Assembly (NCBI GenBank): GCA_964460175.1
Contig: CAYWPN010000002.1
Span: 127,145-191,144, forward strand
Reading direction: 5' to 3'
Origin: an uncultured Alistipes sp.
GTDB taxonomy: Bacteria > Bacillota > Clostridia > Oscillospirales > Ruminococcaceae
Length of the DNA stretch: 64,000 bases
The position numbers and the translations under genes were made by a program. The notes under the pieces are model-generated. The model was not told where the DNA came from and searched no databases. It saw nothing but the letters and a program-made list of their open reading frames with translations. Below are positions 1-8,314 of the stretch, piece after piece. Position 1 is the first letter of the stretch. The number at the start of each line of letters is the position of its first letter.

Positions 1-692
1 GGGTTAGTGGAGTTACCTGTGATAGAAACGTCAACATTTTCCTTCCACATAATAGCAACGCCCTCTGTTACGTCGTTTGCGCCGTAGCAGTTAACTTTTG
101 AACGGAGACCGTCGGAATAAGCCTTGCGGAAAACTTCCTTGACTTCGCCTGTGTGGTAATCCATTTCAGTTTCAACGTATGTAAAGCCATTGATACGTGC
201 GATAATCTGAGCAGCGTCCTTGCCGAGACCGTTAAGGATAACACGGAGAGGCTTCTGACGAACTTTGTTAGCCTTTTCAGCAATACCGATAGCACCTTCA
301 GCAGCAGCGAACGACTCGTGACCTGCGAGGAAAGCAAAGCACTCTGTCTCTTCCTCAAGGAGCATTTTTCCGAGATTACCGTGACCGAGACCAACTTTTC
401 TCTGGTCAGCAACAGAACCGGGAATACAGAAAGCCTGAAGTCCCTCACCGATTGCAGCAGCAGCGTCAGCAGCTCTTGTGCAGCCCTTTTTGATAGCAAT
501 AGCACAGCCTACAGTGTAAGCCCACTTTGCATTCTCGAAACAGATAGGCTGAATGCCCTCAACGAGCTTATAAATATCGAGACCTTTTTCCTTGCAGATT
601 TCAGCGCATTCTTCAATTGTATTTATGCCGTAAGCCTTGATAACTTCAAGAATCTGCTTTTCACGTCTCTCATATGATTCAAATAAAGCCAT
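1..692 (-). CDS. GGGtGRT-family conserved protein, N-terminal 230 codons (the 3' end lies beyond the left window edge)
   Basis: Absent from the ORF track because no stop codon lies inside the window. Hand translation of the minus strand from ATG 692-690 gives MALFESYERREKQILEVIKAYGINTIEECAEICKEKGLDIYKLVEGIQPICFENAKWAYTVGCAIAIKKGCTRAADAAAAIGEGLQAFCIPGSVADQRKVGLGHGNLGKM..., open to nt 1. AAGGAGGA RBS at 701-708. The family name is from memory of similar clostridial proteins; the eponymous motif would sit in the missing C-terminus. Track ORFs 153-677(+) and 68-505(-) are shadow frames. Confidence 0.7.
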   Translation of the reverse strand, partial: MALFESYERREKQILEVIKAYGINTIEECAEICKEKGLDIYKLVEGIQPICFENAKWAYTVGCAIAIKKGCTRAADAAAAIGEGLQAFCIPGSVADQRKVGLGHGNLGKMLLEEETECFAFLAGHESFAAAEGAIGIAEKANKVRQKPLRVILNGLGKDAAQIIARINGFTYVETEMDYHTGEVKEVFRKAYSDGLRSKVNCYGANDVTEGVAIMWKENVDVSITGNSTN

Positions 693-706
693 TTTAGAAA
701 TCCTCC

Positions 707-1399
707 TTATTCTTTTCTCGGGTCAACAATTTTAACAGCGTCAGCAACTCTGCCGTACTGTCCCTGAGCCTTTTCAAAAGCAGTGTTAGCGTCGTCGCCA
801 GCCTTGATAAAGTCCATCATCTTGCCGAAGTTTACGAACTTATAACCGATGATTTCGTTGTCTTCGTTGAGAGCGAGACCAGTAACATAGCCGTCTGTCA
901 TTTCGAGGTAACGAGGACCTTTTGCGAGAGTGCCGTACATTGTGCCGACCTGTGAGCGAAGACCCTTGCCCAAATCTTCGAGACCTGCGCCGACAACAAG
1001 ACCGCCCTCAGAGAATGCAGACTGTGAACGTCCGTAAACAATCTGGAGGAAAAGTTCTCTCATTGCTGTATTGATAGCATCGCATACGAGGTCAGTATTG
1101 AGAGCCTCAAGGATAGTTCTGCCGGGAAGGATTTCAGCAGCCATAGCAGCAGAATGTGTCATTCCTGAACAGCCGATTGTTTCAACGAGAGCCTCCTGAA
1201 TAACACCCTCCTTGACATTAAGAGTAAGTTTGCAAGTACCCTGCTGAGGTGCGCACCAGCCAATGCCGTGTGTGAAGCCGGAAATATCCTTGATTTCCTT
1301 AGCCTTTACCCATTTTGCTTCCTCCGGTATCGGAGCTGCGCCGTGAGCAACGCCCTGAGCGATAGGACACATTGTTTCAACTTCATGAGAATAAATCAT
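707..1399 (-). CDS. NifU/IscU-like Fe-S cluster scaffold domain protein
   Basis: Start moved to MIYSHEVE (ATG 1399, AAAGGAG RBS). The Cys pattern GWCAPQQGTC...ETIGCSGMTHSAAMAAE resembles the IscU/NifU N-domain. Its stop lies inside the RBS of the downstream GGGtGRT-like gene. Confidence 0.7.
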   Translation of the reverse strand: MIYSHEVETMCPIAQGVAHGAAPIPEEAKWVKAKEIKDISGFTHGIGWCAPQQGTCKLTLNVKEGVIQEALVETIGCSGMTHSAAMAAEILPGRTILEALNTDLVCDAINTAMRELFLQIVYGRSQSAFSEGGLVVGAGLEDLGKGLRSQVGTMYGTLAKGPRYLEMTDGYVTGLALNEDNEIIGYKFVNFGKMMDFIKAGDDANTAFEKAQGQYGRVADAVKIVDPRKE

Positions 1400-1539
1400 T
1401 TTTAATACTCCTTTCAGATATTTAGAACGGCGGACCGTTCCACATACAATAATATTATACAGCATTTCCGCATTTTAATCAAGTATTTTTAATGAATAAA
1501 TGAGTGCATTAAGTTAGAAATCACTAACAGCATTTAGTT

Positions 1540-2349
1540 TTATTTTTTCATTTTAGTTTTAAATTCTTTTAACTGTTCCTTTAAAGATTTGACATGAATT
1601 ATCTTCAGTTTCGGGAAAGCATTTTCAATTCGCCTTACTGTAAAACTGCGGTTTTCAGCGATGTGCTGATACTTATTATGAAGTTCTTCCATACGTTTTT
1701 TCAGCCGTGCATTCTTTTCATTCAGTTCCTCACTCTTTTCACGGATATTTTCAACTCCGTTGAAGAGTTTTTCACCTGTTTTATCTGAAATTCTTCTCAT
1801 TTCAGCGGAAATATCATTCAGCAGTTTTATTTTCTTTTTTATCCTGAGAATTGCCATTACCGTAACAATAAAATCGCTTGCAAAGCCTGTGCAGACAACA
1901 GTTAAAATAATTACTCCTGCGCTGTGCGGAAACCAGTTTATAAAACTTTCGATTGACGGGTGTATCAGCCTTACAACCACTATACAGGCAACTCCCCATA
2001 AAAGTGAGAATTTAAGACATATATATCCGCCGATGTTGAATTTTTCCTCTGAATAGTCCCACCAGTGCTGACTGAATATTTTCTCCAGCACAAATCCTGT
2101 AACAAATTCAAGAGCAGAAGTAAGTACAACAGAACCGGCATAAAGGACGATTATATTTTCTTTGAGGGGATTGAGTGAAACCACAACGATTATTACGCCG
2201 AATCCATAAATGGGACAGTAAGGACCATTCAGAAAGCCTCTGTTTACAAATTTTCCGAGTTCAACAGCCTGATACACTACTTCCAGACACCAGCCGAAAA
2301 ATGCGTATATTACAAATATCCATAAAAACTGATATAAGCTGTAAATAAT
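1540..2349 (-). CDS. Polytopic membrane protein (putative ABC-transporter type IV / CmpB-like family) with a C-terminal coiled-coil tail
   Basis: The FFGWCLEVVY...GFLNGPYCPIYGFG motifs are typical of this family, and the C-terminus is K/E-rich coiled coil. The start is uncertain. The in-frame ATGs (2496, 2472) lie more than 110 nt inside the upstream gene. A GGGGGAG RBS at 2353-2359 is followed by ATT ATT (2349, 2346), and there is no canonical start before the first TM helix. Confidence 0.7.
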   Translation of the reverse strand: MIYSLYQFLWIFVIYAFFGWCLEVVYQAVELGKFVNRGFLNGPYCPIYGFGVIIVVVSLNPLKENIIVLYAGSVVLTSALEFVTGFVLEKIFSQHWWDYSEEKFNIGGYICLKFSLLWGVACIVVVRLIHPSIESFINWFPHSAGVIILTVVCTGFASDFIVTVMAILRIKKKIKLLNDISAEMRRISDKTGEKLFNGVENIREKSEELNEKNARLKKRMEELHNKYQHIAENRSFTVRRIENAFPKLKIIHVKSLKEQLKEFKTKMKK

Positions 2350-2359
2350 ATACTCCCCC

Positions 2360-3028
2360 TTAGTAACCCAGTTCCTCGCCGACAATAATAACTTTAATTC
2401 TGCCCTTATGCCTTTGCTGTGCGGAAATGAGGTAGTTACAGCAGATACGCCCGTCACCCTTACAGCCGTCATAAATCTGCCTGTCGGGATTTGCAAGAGA
2501 TACGCACTCCCCTGTCTCTGCGCAGTATGTACCGCAGTTCAGGCGGACGCAGTTCGGCGGAGCAGCTTCGGTCTTCACACGGATTTCAGCCTGCTCCAGA
2601 TTTTTGACAATCTTGTTATATCCTGCAATGATGATTACGCTTTCAGGACCATAAGCAATAGCGGCAACCCTGTTGCTGTTGCCGTCAACGTTGTACAGCA
2701 CGCCGTCCTCTGTGATTGCATTTGCACTTGAAATATAAACGTCTGCAAAGAAAGATTTTCTGTAGAAGTCTTTTATTTCTTCAGGCGGAACTTTTGTTCT
2801 ATCCATGTAATTGTATTCAGGCGAGGAAATAAGTTCCTTGATACCGCATTCCGCCATGGAAACAGAACCGCCGTGAGTGATAGTATCGCCCTTTTTCAGC
2901 AGAGACTTCACAATATCCCTGACGTCTGCCTTCGTCGGAGCATAATAGAACTCCATGTTGTTCTTTTTCAGATTTTCGCCCGTTCTGTTAATTCTTTTTT
3001 CAATTACAGCTCTTTTGTTTTCGTCCAT
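2360..3028 (-). CDS. LUD (YkgG/LutC-like, DUF162) domain protein with a Cys-rich C-terminus
   Basis: Start at MDENKRAV (AGGAGG RBS). LUD-like core (ANAITEDGVLYNVDGNSNRVAA, ESVIIIAGYNKIV). C-terminal CVRLNCGTYCAETGEC...CKGDGRICC. Confidence 0.7.
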   Translation of the reverse strand: MDENKRAVIEKRINRTGENLKKNNMEFYYAPTKADVRDIVKSLLKKGDTITHGGSVSMAECGIKELISSPEYNYMDRTKVPPEEIKDFYRKSFFADVYISSANAITEDGVLYNVDGNSNRVAAIAYGPESVIIIAGYNKIVKNLEQAEIRVKTEAAPPNCVRLNCGTYCAETGECVSLANPDRQIYDGCKGDGRICCNYLISAQQRHKGRIKVIIVGEELGY

Positions 3029-3044
3029 AAAAAAATACCTCCTG

Positions 3045-3383
3045 TTATTCCAAAACAAAATCTCCGGCAGCAATAGCCTTTTTCTTTACATATAAGGTCA
3101 AACCTGCAATATCAATCTCGCTAGCTCTTTCATAAATATTATCAATATTTTCTTTCAGATTGACAACCTGCTCTGGACTATTATGTGCTATTTTCCAAAT
3201 CATATCAAAATCAAGCAATGCTGCATAAAGCTTATTGAAATTTTTCTGTAAATGCTCATCAAAATCATCAGCAGCATAATATGAAACAAGAGCGCAGAGT
3301 TTCTGTAAATATGTATCAGGGGAAAAAGGCCAGCTGTTAGTAAAAAAATTTGACAAGCACTCTGTTAAATGTTCTCTTTCCAT
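3045..3383 (-). CDS. Hypothetical 112-aa protein
   Basis: Intact ORF with an AAAGGAG RBS, placed just downstream of a terminator. No motif recognised. Confidence 0.6.
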   Translation of the reverse strand: MEREHLTECLSNFFTNSWPFSPDTYLQKLCALVSYYAADDFDEHLQKNFNKLYAALLDFDMIWKIAHNSPEQVVNLKENIDNIYERASEIDIAGLTLYVKKKAIAAGDFVLE

Positions 3384-3394
3384 AAAAATTCTCC

Positions 3395-3432
3395 TTTATT
3401 AAAATATGCGGAGCATTTTCACACTCCGCATA
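3395..3432 (-). terminator. Rho-independent terminator after the AIM24-family gene
   Basis: Minus strand reads TATGCGGAG-tgtgaaaatg-CTCCGCATA followed by TTTTAATAAA. Confidence 0.7.
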
Positions 3433-3438
3433 ATGAAA

Positions 3439-4203
3439 TCACGTAACAGCGACAAGAATACGTCCCGTACCCCTGTAAACATTCACGAGACCTTCTCCGG
3501 AAACTGCCGAACCGATAAGACCTTTCATTGAACGCTCAACGGTAAACTGAAGACTTCCCGACCATGCAATAGCCATATTGCCGTCGATTTTCACTGTATC
3601 ATTCTGCAATTCAATAGTAACGAGTTCATTCCGTGGAACATCGCTTTCCAGCGCACACACGCCTTTTCCGGCGAGCATTGTATTGAAGAGACCCTCACCG
3701 CCTGCAATTGCACTGCTGAGATTATTTCTTGCGACCGTTTTAACCTGAATAGTTGATTCACAACTGAGGAACAAGCCGTCGTCAAGGACAATACTTCCGC
3801 CCCATTCGTCCAAATCCTCAAGGAGAATATACTTCCATGTAGGCTCAAGGACAAGAACGCCGTCGCCCGAATATTTTGGTTTTACAGCTGTTTCCTTGTT
3901 TGCTGTCGCACTGAAAATACCTTTGAGTGCGCCGCCGAGACCGCCTATATTTGCATCACTTACGACGTTTCCCATCATCATCTGCATAGCACCTGCCTGC
4001 AAAATAACGCTGTGCTGAGCGTCAAGCTGAGCGATAACCTGTTTTTTCTTTATACCCTGCTTTGCACGGAAAAAAGCGTCGGCAGGACTTATTGCACTGT
4101 AGCCCGAAAGCCTGTTGTATTCAAGAATACTGTAACAGCCCTTTGTTTCAGTAATCTGTCTTGACATCATACTGTCGGTAGTGCATATATCTGTATCAAT
4201 CAT
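3439..4203 (-). CDS. AIM24 family (DUF124) protein
   Basis: 254 aa. The Gly-rich beta-rich pattern (GEGLFNTMLAGKGVCALES, GSAVSGEGLVNVYRGTGRILV) is typical of the AIM24/TIGR00266 family. Confidence 0.75.
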   Translation of the reverse strand: MIDTDICTTDSMMSRQITETKGCYSILEYNRLSGYSAISPADAFFRAKQGIKKKQVIAQLDAQHSVILQAGAMQMMMGNVVSDANIGGLGGALKGIFSATANKETAVKPKYSGDGVLVLEPTWKYILLEDLDEWGGSIVLDDGLFLSCESTIQVKTVARNNLSSAIAGGEGLFNTMLAGKGVCALESDVPRNELVTIELQNDTVKIDGNMAIAWSGSLQFTVERSMKGLIGSAVSGEGLVNVYRGTGRILVAVT

Positions 4204-4215
4204 ATTTTCACTCCA

Positions 4216-4743
4216 TTATTCGTTATCGGGTGAAAGAAGACCGTAAGCACCGTCCGCACGCTTGTAAACGACATTGACTGTGCCTGTCTTCGCATTAAGG
4301 AACATAAAGAAAGCATGGCTCAGAAGGTTCATCTGGAGAATAGCCTCTTCAACGTCCATAGGGCGAAGCTGGAATTTCTTTTCTTTTATGACATTATAGT
4401 CTGCAACCTCTTCAACAGGCTCTGCGAAAGCCTCCTTGAAAGCTGTATCCTTGAGTTTTTTCTCAACCTTAGTTTTATTTTTGCGGATTTGTCTGATAAT
4501 CTTATCGATTGCGCTGTCAAGTGCGTCATTCTTGTTTGCTGCTGTGCGTTCTGCACGGAAGATAATGCTGTTGTAGCGGACTGTAAGTTCAATCACAATC
4601 TGATTTTTAACCTCAGACATGACAATCTTTACGTCAGCGTCATCATCGAAAAATTTGCTGAGTTTTGCATCAATTCTTGTTTCTGCGTATTCCGTGAAAT
4701 TTTGTGGAACGGACATTTTTTTTGCTGTGATAGTAGTTTTCAT
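4216..4743 (-). CDS. hpf: Ribosome hibernation promoting factor, long form
   Basis: 175 aa. N-terminal S30AE/sigma-54 modulation domain (ITAKKMSVPQNFTEYAETRIDAKLSKF) plus a C-terminal dimerisation domain (KKFQLRPMDVEEAILQMNLLSHAFFMFLNAKTGTVNVVYKRADGAYGLL). Confidence 0.92.
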   Translation of the reverse strand: MKTTITAKKMSVPQNFTEYAETRIDAKLSKFFDDDADVKIVMSEVKNQIVIELTVRYNSIIFRAERTAANKNDALDSAIDKIIRQIRKNKTKVEKKLKDTAFKEAFAEPVEEVADYNVIKEKKFQLRPMDVEEAILQMNLLSHAFFMFLNAKTGTVNVVYKRADGAYGLLSPDNE

Positions 4744-4796
4744 AAATGAAAATCCTCCTTTAAACTTCCTTAAAAGAAGCTGAATATTATGGTTAT

Positions 4797-4825
4797 ATTA
4801 TACCATATTGATTTGAATTTTACAA
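4797..4825 (-). promoter_or_regulatory. Candidate sigma-A promoter for hpf
   Basis: Minus strand reads TTGTAA - 17 nt - TGgTATAAT (extended -10), about 55 nt upstream of the hpf start. Confidence 0.5.
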
Positions 4826-4892
4826 TAGCTTTTTGTTAAGTTTGTATATTATGTACATTAATAACACTATATTTTGTAAAATATTACAAAAA

Positions 4893-6260
4893 TCACGGAC
4901 AAAGATTATTCAGCATAACGCTGACGATATTCTCCGCTGTAACGGCAGTGCTGTACTTGTTTTCAAGGAGAACGCAGAAAGCAATCGGGTTTTGCGGGTC
5001 ATCGACAAAGCCGACAAGGAGCGCATTTTCCTCCGCACCGTCCTTGACCTGTGCAGTACCGCTTTTTATGCCGATTGTATAGTTAGGGATTGACCAGCTG
5101 TAGTGATTAGCACCGTTTGTAAGCAGAATCTGCTTGACTGTCGAGGCAGTATCAGGGGAGAAAATCTCCTCACTGAACTCCGTCCCCATAACTTCCGTAT
5201 CTTCGCCGTAAACGTCCGTAACCCTGCTGATAAGGTGCGGCATAGTCATTTTGCCTGTCTCATTTGCAATGGCACTCTGCCACATCATAAGCTGCATGGG
5301 ACTTACAAGTGTTTCACTCTGTCCGATACAGCTCCACTGCGTATTGAAGTCGGTTTTGTCGGTAAGTTTGGCGGACGCTTTTTCGCACTGTATTCCGTCA
5401 ATATCAAAATACTCAATTTCCTTTTCAGTTTCGTTGTCGCTCACTGCATAGCCTAATTTCGTGTACATCTGTTTCAATTTGTCAAGAGGCAAATCACTGT
5501 CTTCAATAAGCTGTGCAAAGAAAGGATTACAGCTGTTTTCAACAGCCTGCTGAATATTCTGTGTACCGTGACCGTATGAATTATGGCAGTCGATAACCTT
5601 TCCGGAAAGATTTGTGTAGTGACCTGAACAGCTGAATGATTTAGAAAAAAGCTTTTCACTTCCCATGATTTCAAGGGCGGAAATAACAGTCGAGACTTTC
5701 TGTGTTGAGCCGGGAACAGTGCCGTACATTGCTTTGGAAATAAGCGTACCCGTTTCCATGCTGTCAATATCCGCATAGCCTTTCGTCGGGTCAAGGGACG
5801 GCAGACTTGTGCAGACAAGAAGTTCTCCTGTCTTGTAGTTATAAGCGACTGCGCACCCTTTCGCACCCATATATGCATCGTACACAGCACGGTTTGCCTC
5901 GTGATTGAGAGTGGTGTATATAGCTGCTTTTCCGCCCTCCTTGACAAGTCCTTCCGAAAAACTGTAGTTATTCAGTTTATCGACGTTCCTTGCAACGAGG
6001 GTATTAGTCATCTGACCTTTATCGTCGCCTATCAGATTACCTACATCAATGAAATAATTATCGGGATAAATGCCCTTGTCCATACCGTCAAACAGAACAC
6101 TGCCGTTTCTGTCATAAACCATACCCAGTTCATAATTCGGGGAATGCGTCATATAGAACGCCGCATTTCTGTTTATTCTGACGACAAGTGCAATCATTCC
6201 GGCAATAAAAATCAGCAGGAAAACCTTGATTATATCCTGACATCTTTTTATACTTTTCAT
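4893..6260 (-). CDS. Penicillin-binding protein, class B transpeptidase (PBP2/PbpA-like)
   Basis: N-terminal TM anchor. SxxK (GSTQK), SxN (SCN) and K(S/T)G (KSGTAQ) motifs. The start overlaps the RodA stop by 4 nt. Confidence 0.88.
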   Translation of the reverse strand: MKSIKRCQDIIKVFLLIFIAGMIALVVRINRNAAFYMTHSPNYELGMVYDRNGSVLFDGMDKGIYPDNYFIDVGNLIGDDKGQMTNTLVARNVDKLNNYSFSEGLVKEGGKAAIYTTLNHEANRAVYDAYMGAKGCAVAYNYKTGELLVCTSLPSLDPTKGYADIDSMETGTLISKAMYGTVPGSTQKVSTVISALEIMGSEKLFSKSFSCSGHYTNLSGKVIDCHNSYGHGTQNIQQAVENSCNPFFAQLIEDSDLPLDKLKQMYTKLGYAVSDNETEKEIEYFDIDGIQCEKASAKLTDKTDFNTQWSCIGQSETLVSPMQLMMWQSAIANETGKMTMPHLISRVTDVYGEDTEVMGTEFSEEIFSPDTASTVKQILLTNGANHYSWSIPNYTIGIKSGTAQVKDGAEENALLVGFVDDPQNPIAFCVLLENKYSTAVTAENIVSVMLNNLCP

Positions 6261-7543
6261 GTGGAAATCCTCCTTTGTGCAGACTGCTTTTTCCTTTTCG
6301 GATTAGGATTTTTAAATTCAGGCGACTGCGAAGCAACAATCATGCCGACCATAAAACCGCTTGTCACCATGGAACTTCCTCCGGCTGAAATAAAAGGCAG
6401 TGTAACGCCCGTGAACGGTATCATATTGCACGAACCGAATATATTAAGTGCCATCTGCACCGTGAAAGCGGCAGCAATTCCGGCGCACATAGTGCCGTGA
6501 TAGTAGGAGCGTGGCGGATTGACAAGCGGCATTGCAATCATAATAAGGAGCATGAGAACAGTCATTACAGCAACAAGAAGTCCCCATTCCTCACTTATTG
6601 TGGCGAATACAATATCGCTTTCATAGGCGAAAACATTGCAGAGAAAGCCGTTTCCTGCTCCCTTGCCGAACCAGCTGCCTTCAGCAATAGCAATAAGTGC
6701 TTTGGTCTGCTGATAACCTTCTCCGTCGGGATTGCTCCATATATCGACAAAAAGTCTGTCCTTGACGTATGCAGGAGCAAGGATAATTGCTATAATTCCC
6801 AGCACGGCAACACATATTCCTGCGGTTACAATAGTTTTACGTGAAAATTTTGCTTTCGGGTAACAAATTCTTGCAATAAATCCTGCGGCATAGATAGCTG
6901 CGAAAGTCGGAATACTGCCCAAATCCCTGCACCACCACTGAAACAGGATAACGACAGCGACTATTCCGAAGAGAATGAGATTTTCGTACACAATATTGAA
7001 TTTAAGTATCTGGTGCTTGTTCTGCTGTTCTGTTATGGAAGTTGCACAGGCGAGAACGAGCAGAGGTTTAATGAACTCCGAAGGCTGTATAGTCATGAAA
7101 CCTAAATCAATCCACATACTTCTGCTGCCTGTGAACAGGAGTATAACGACCATAAGCAGACCTATACCAATCCAGACAAATTTTTTCTGCTGTTGTATCC
7201 AGCGATGATTACGGCATAGTATGTAACCGAAACGGCACGCTGTAAGTGCAGCCACACAGGTTATCAGGTGCTTGATGTCAAGGTGTATTCCGCCGAAACA
7301 GGACTGAAAAATCAGGCTCATATTTAGTATCAGCAGAAGCATGAAGTCCACGGCGTAAGTCTGCTGTCTGAAACGTGGCATAATTATAAAGTATGCCAAG
7401 TCAATAAAAGCAACGGCAACCGTGAGGACAAAAGGTTCATTGGGATTGTCGTAACTGCCGTTTATGAAGACGTTCGCAAGCATAGCACCGTGCGCAATGA
7501 GTACGAACAGGCACGACATGAAGTAAGCAAATTTATTCGCCAT
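6257..7543 (-). CDS. FtsW/RodA/SpoVE family peptidoglycan polymerase
   Basis: Polytopic. SEFIKPLLVL and the C-terminal GVTLPFISAGGSSMV motif are SEDS hallmarks. Start placed at MANKFAYF (ATG 7543). Confidence 0.88.
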   Translation of the reverse strand: MANKFAYFMSCLFVLIAHGAMLANVFINGSYDNPNEPFVLTVAVAFIDLAYFIIMPRFRQQTYAVDFMLLLILNMSLIFQSCFGGIHLDIKHLITCVAALTACRFGYILCRNHRWIQQQKKFVWIGIGLLMVVILLFTGSRSMWIDLGFMTIQPSEFIKPLLVLACATSITEQQNKHQILKFNIVYENLILFGIVAVVILFQWWCRDLGSIPTFAAIYAAGFIARICYPKAKFSRKTIVTAGICVAVLGIIAIILAPAYVKDRLFVDIWSNPDGEGYQQTKALIAIAEGSWFGKGAGNGFLCNVFAYESDIVFATISEEWGLLVAVMTVLMLLIMIAMPLVNPPRSYYHGTMCAGIAAAFTVQMALNIFGSCNMIPFTGVTLPFISAGGSSMVTSGFMVGMIVASQSPEFKNPNPKRKKQSAQRRIST

Positions 7544-7952
7544 ATTCAGCACCCCTCTTTCTGAAAACAAGAGTTCTGTCGCCGAGTTTGATTACATCGT
7601 TTTCATAAAGACGTGTATGCTGAACAGGTGCGCCGTTGATGTATATTCCCGACTTTGAACCCAAATCAGTGATAAACCACTTGCCGTCGGTTACATTAAG
7701 TACAGCGTGATAGCGTGATACTGATAAATCGACTATGCGTATATCGGCGGAAGCGTGCCTGCCGACAAGTATCTCATCGCATTCAAGCGGATAAATCCTG
7801 TCCTGTCCAACGAGTTCCATATCAGCGGAAATTTTACTCCACCTTTTTCTGCCTGATTTTCTTTCGGCATATGAAGTAAGCATGATGACGAGTGCGCAGA
7901 TATCAAGTCCGGCAATGGCTGCCGCACACATTATTGAATTTATTGTGTCCAT
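7533..7952 (-). CDS. Membrane-anchored FHA domain protein
   Basis: Start moved to ATG 7952 (AAGGAG RBS 8 nt upstream). One N-terminal TM helix, then an FHA core (ILVGRHASADIRIVDLSVSRYHAVLNVTDGKWFITDLGSKSGIYINGAPV). Confidence 0.85.
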   Translation of the reverse strand: MDTINSIMCAAAIAGLDICALVIMLTSYAERKSGRKRWSKISADMELVGQDRIYPLECDEILVGRHASADIRIVDLSVSRYHAVLNVTDGKWFITDLGSKSGIYINGAPVQHTRLYENDVIKLGDRTLVFRKRGAEYGE

Positions 7953-8242
7953 AAGCAAAACTCCTTTAAAAATTTTCTGTTATTCAACGCAAACACATTG
8001 AAAAAGTACCGTTTTTCACCCACTTATAGAAAAGCGTTCAGGAAAACGGCGGACGATGTATGATAGTGTACCATAAGTGCCGTTTTTCTTTTTTATATAT
8101 AATTTTCTTTTTTATAAAAGAGAAGTAAGAAATAGAAGATTATAATACATTATCATACATAACATTATAGCATATTTTTTTAATCAATGCAAGGCAGATA
8201 CTCTATTGTAATTGAAAATTAATTTAATTTTAAGAAATTGAC

Positions 8243-8271
8243 TTGCAAAACTATACTTTTTGTGTTATAAT
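8243..8271 (+). promoter_or_regulatory. Candidate promoter of the type IIA topoisomerase operon
   Basis: TTGCAA (8243-8248) - 17 nt - TGtTATAAT (8263-8271). AGAGG RBS at 8301. Confidence 0.5.
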
Positions 8272-8314
8272 AAAAGAACGTATTTTTGATTTTTATTACA
8301 AGAGGTTGATATAT

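Noticed and set aside
153-677. Track ORF of 174 aa on the plus strand, and the 145-aa minus-strand ORF at 68-505
   Set aside because: Both are low-complexity shadow frames of the real minus-strand edge gene (1-692). That gene translates to a well-formed, family-like protein with a proper RBS.
8054-8100. Hairpin AAAACGGC...GCCGTTTT followed by a T-run in the FHA / topoisomerase intergenic region
   Set aside because: The loop is 29 nt with no convincing internal pairing, and no plus-strand gene lies upstream to terminate. It may belong to the FHA-operon leader, but I cannot support a call.
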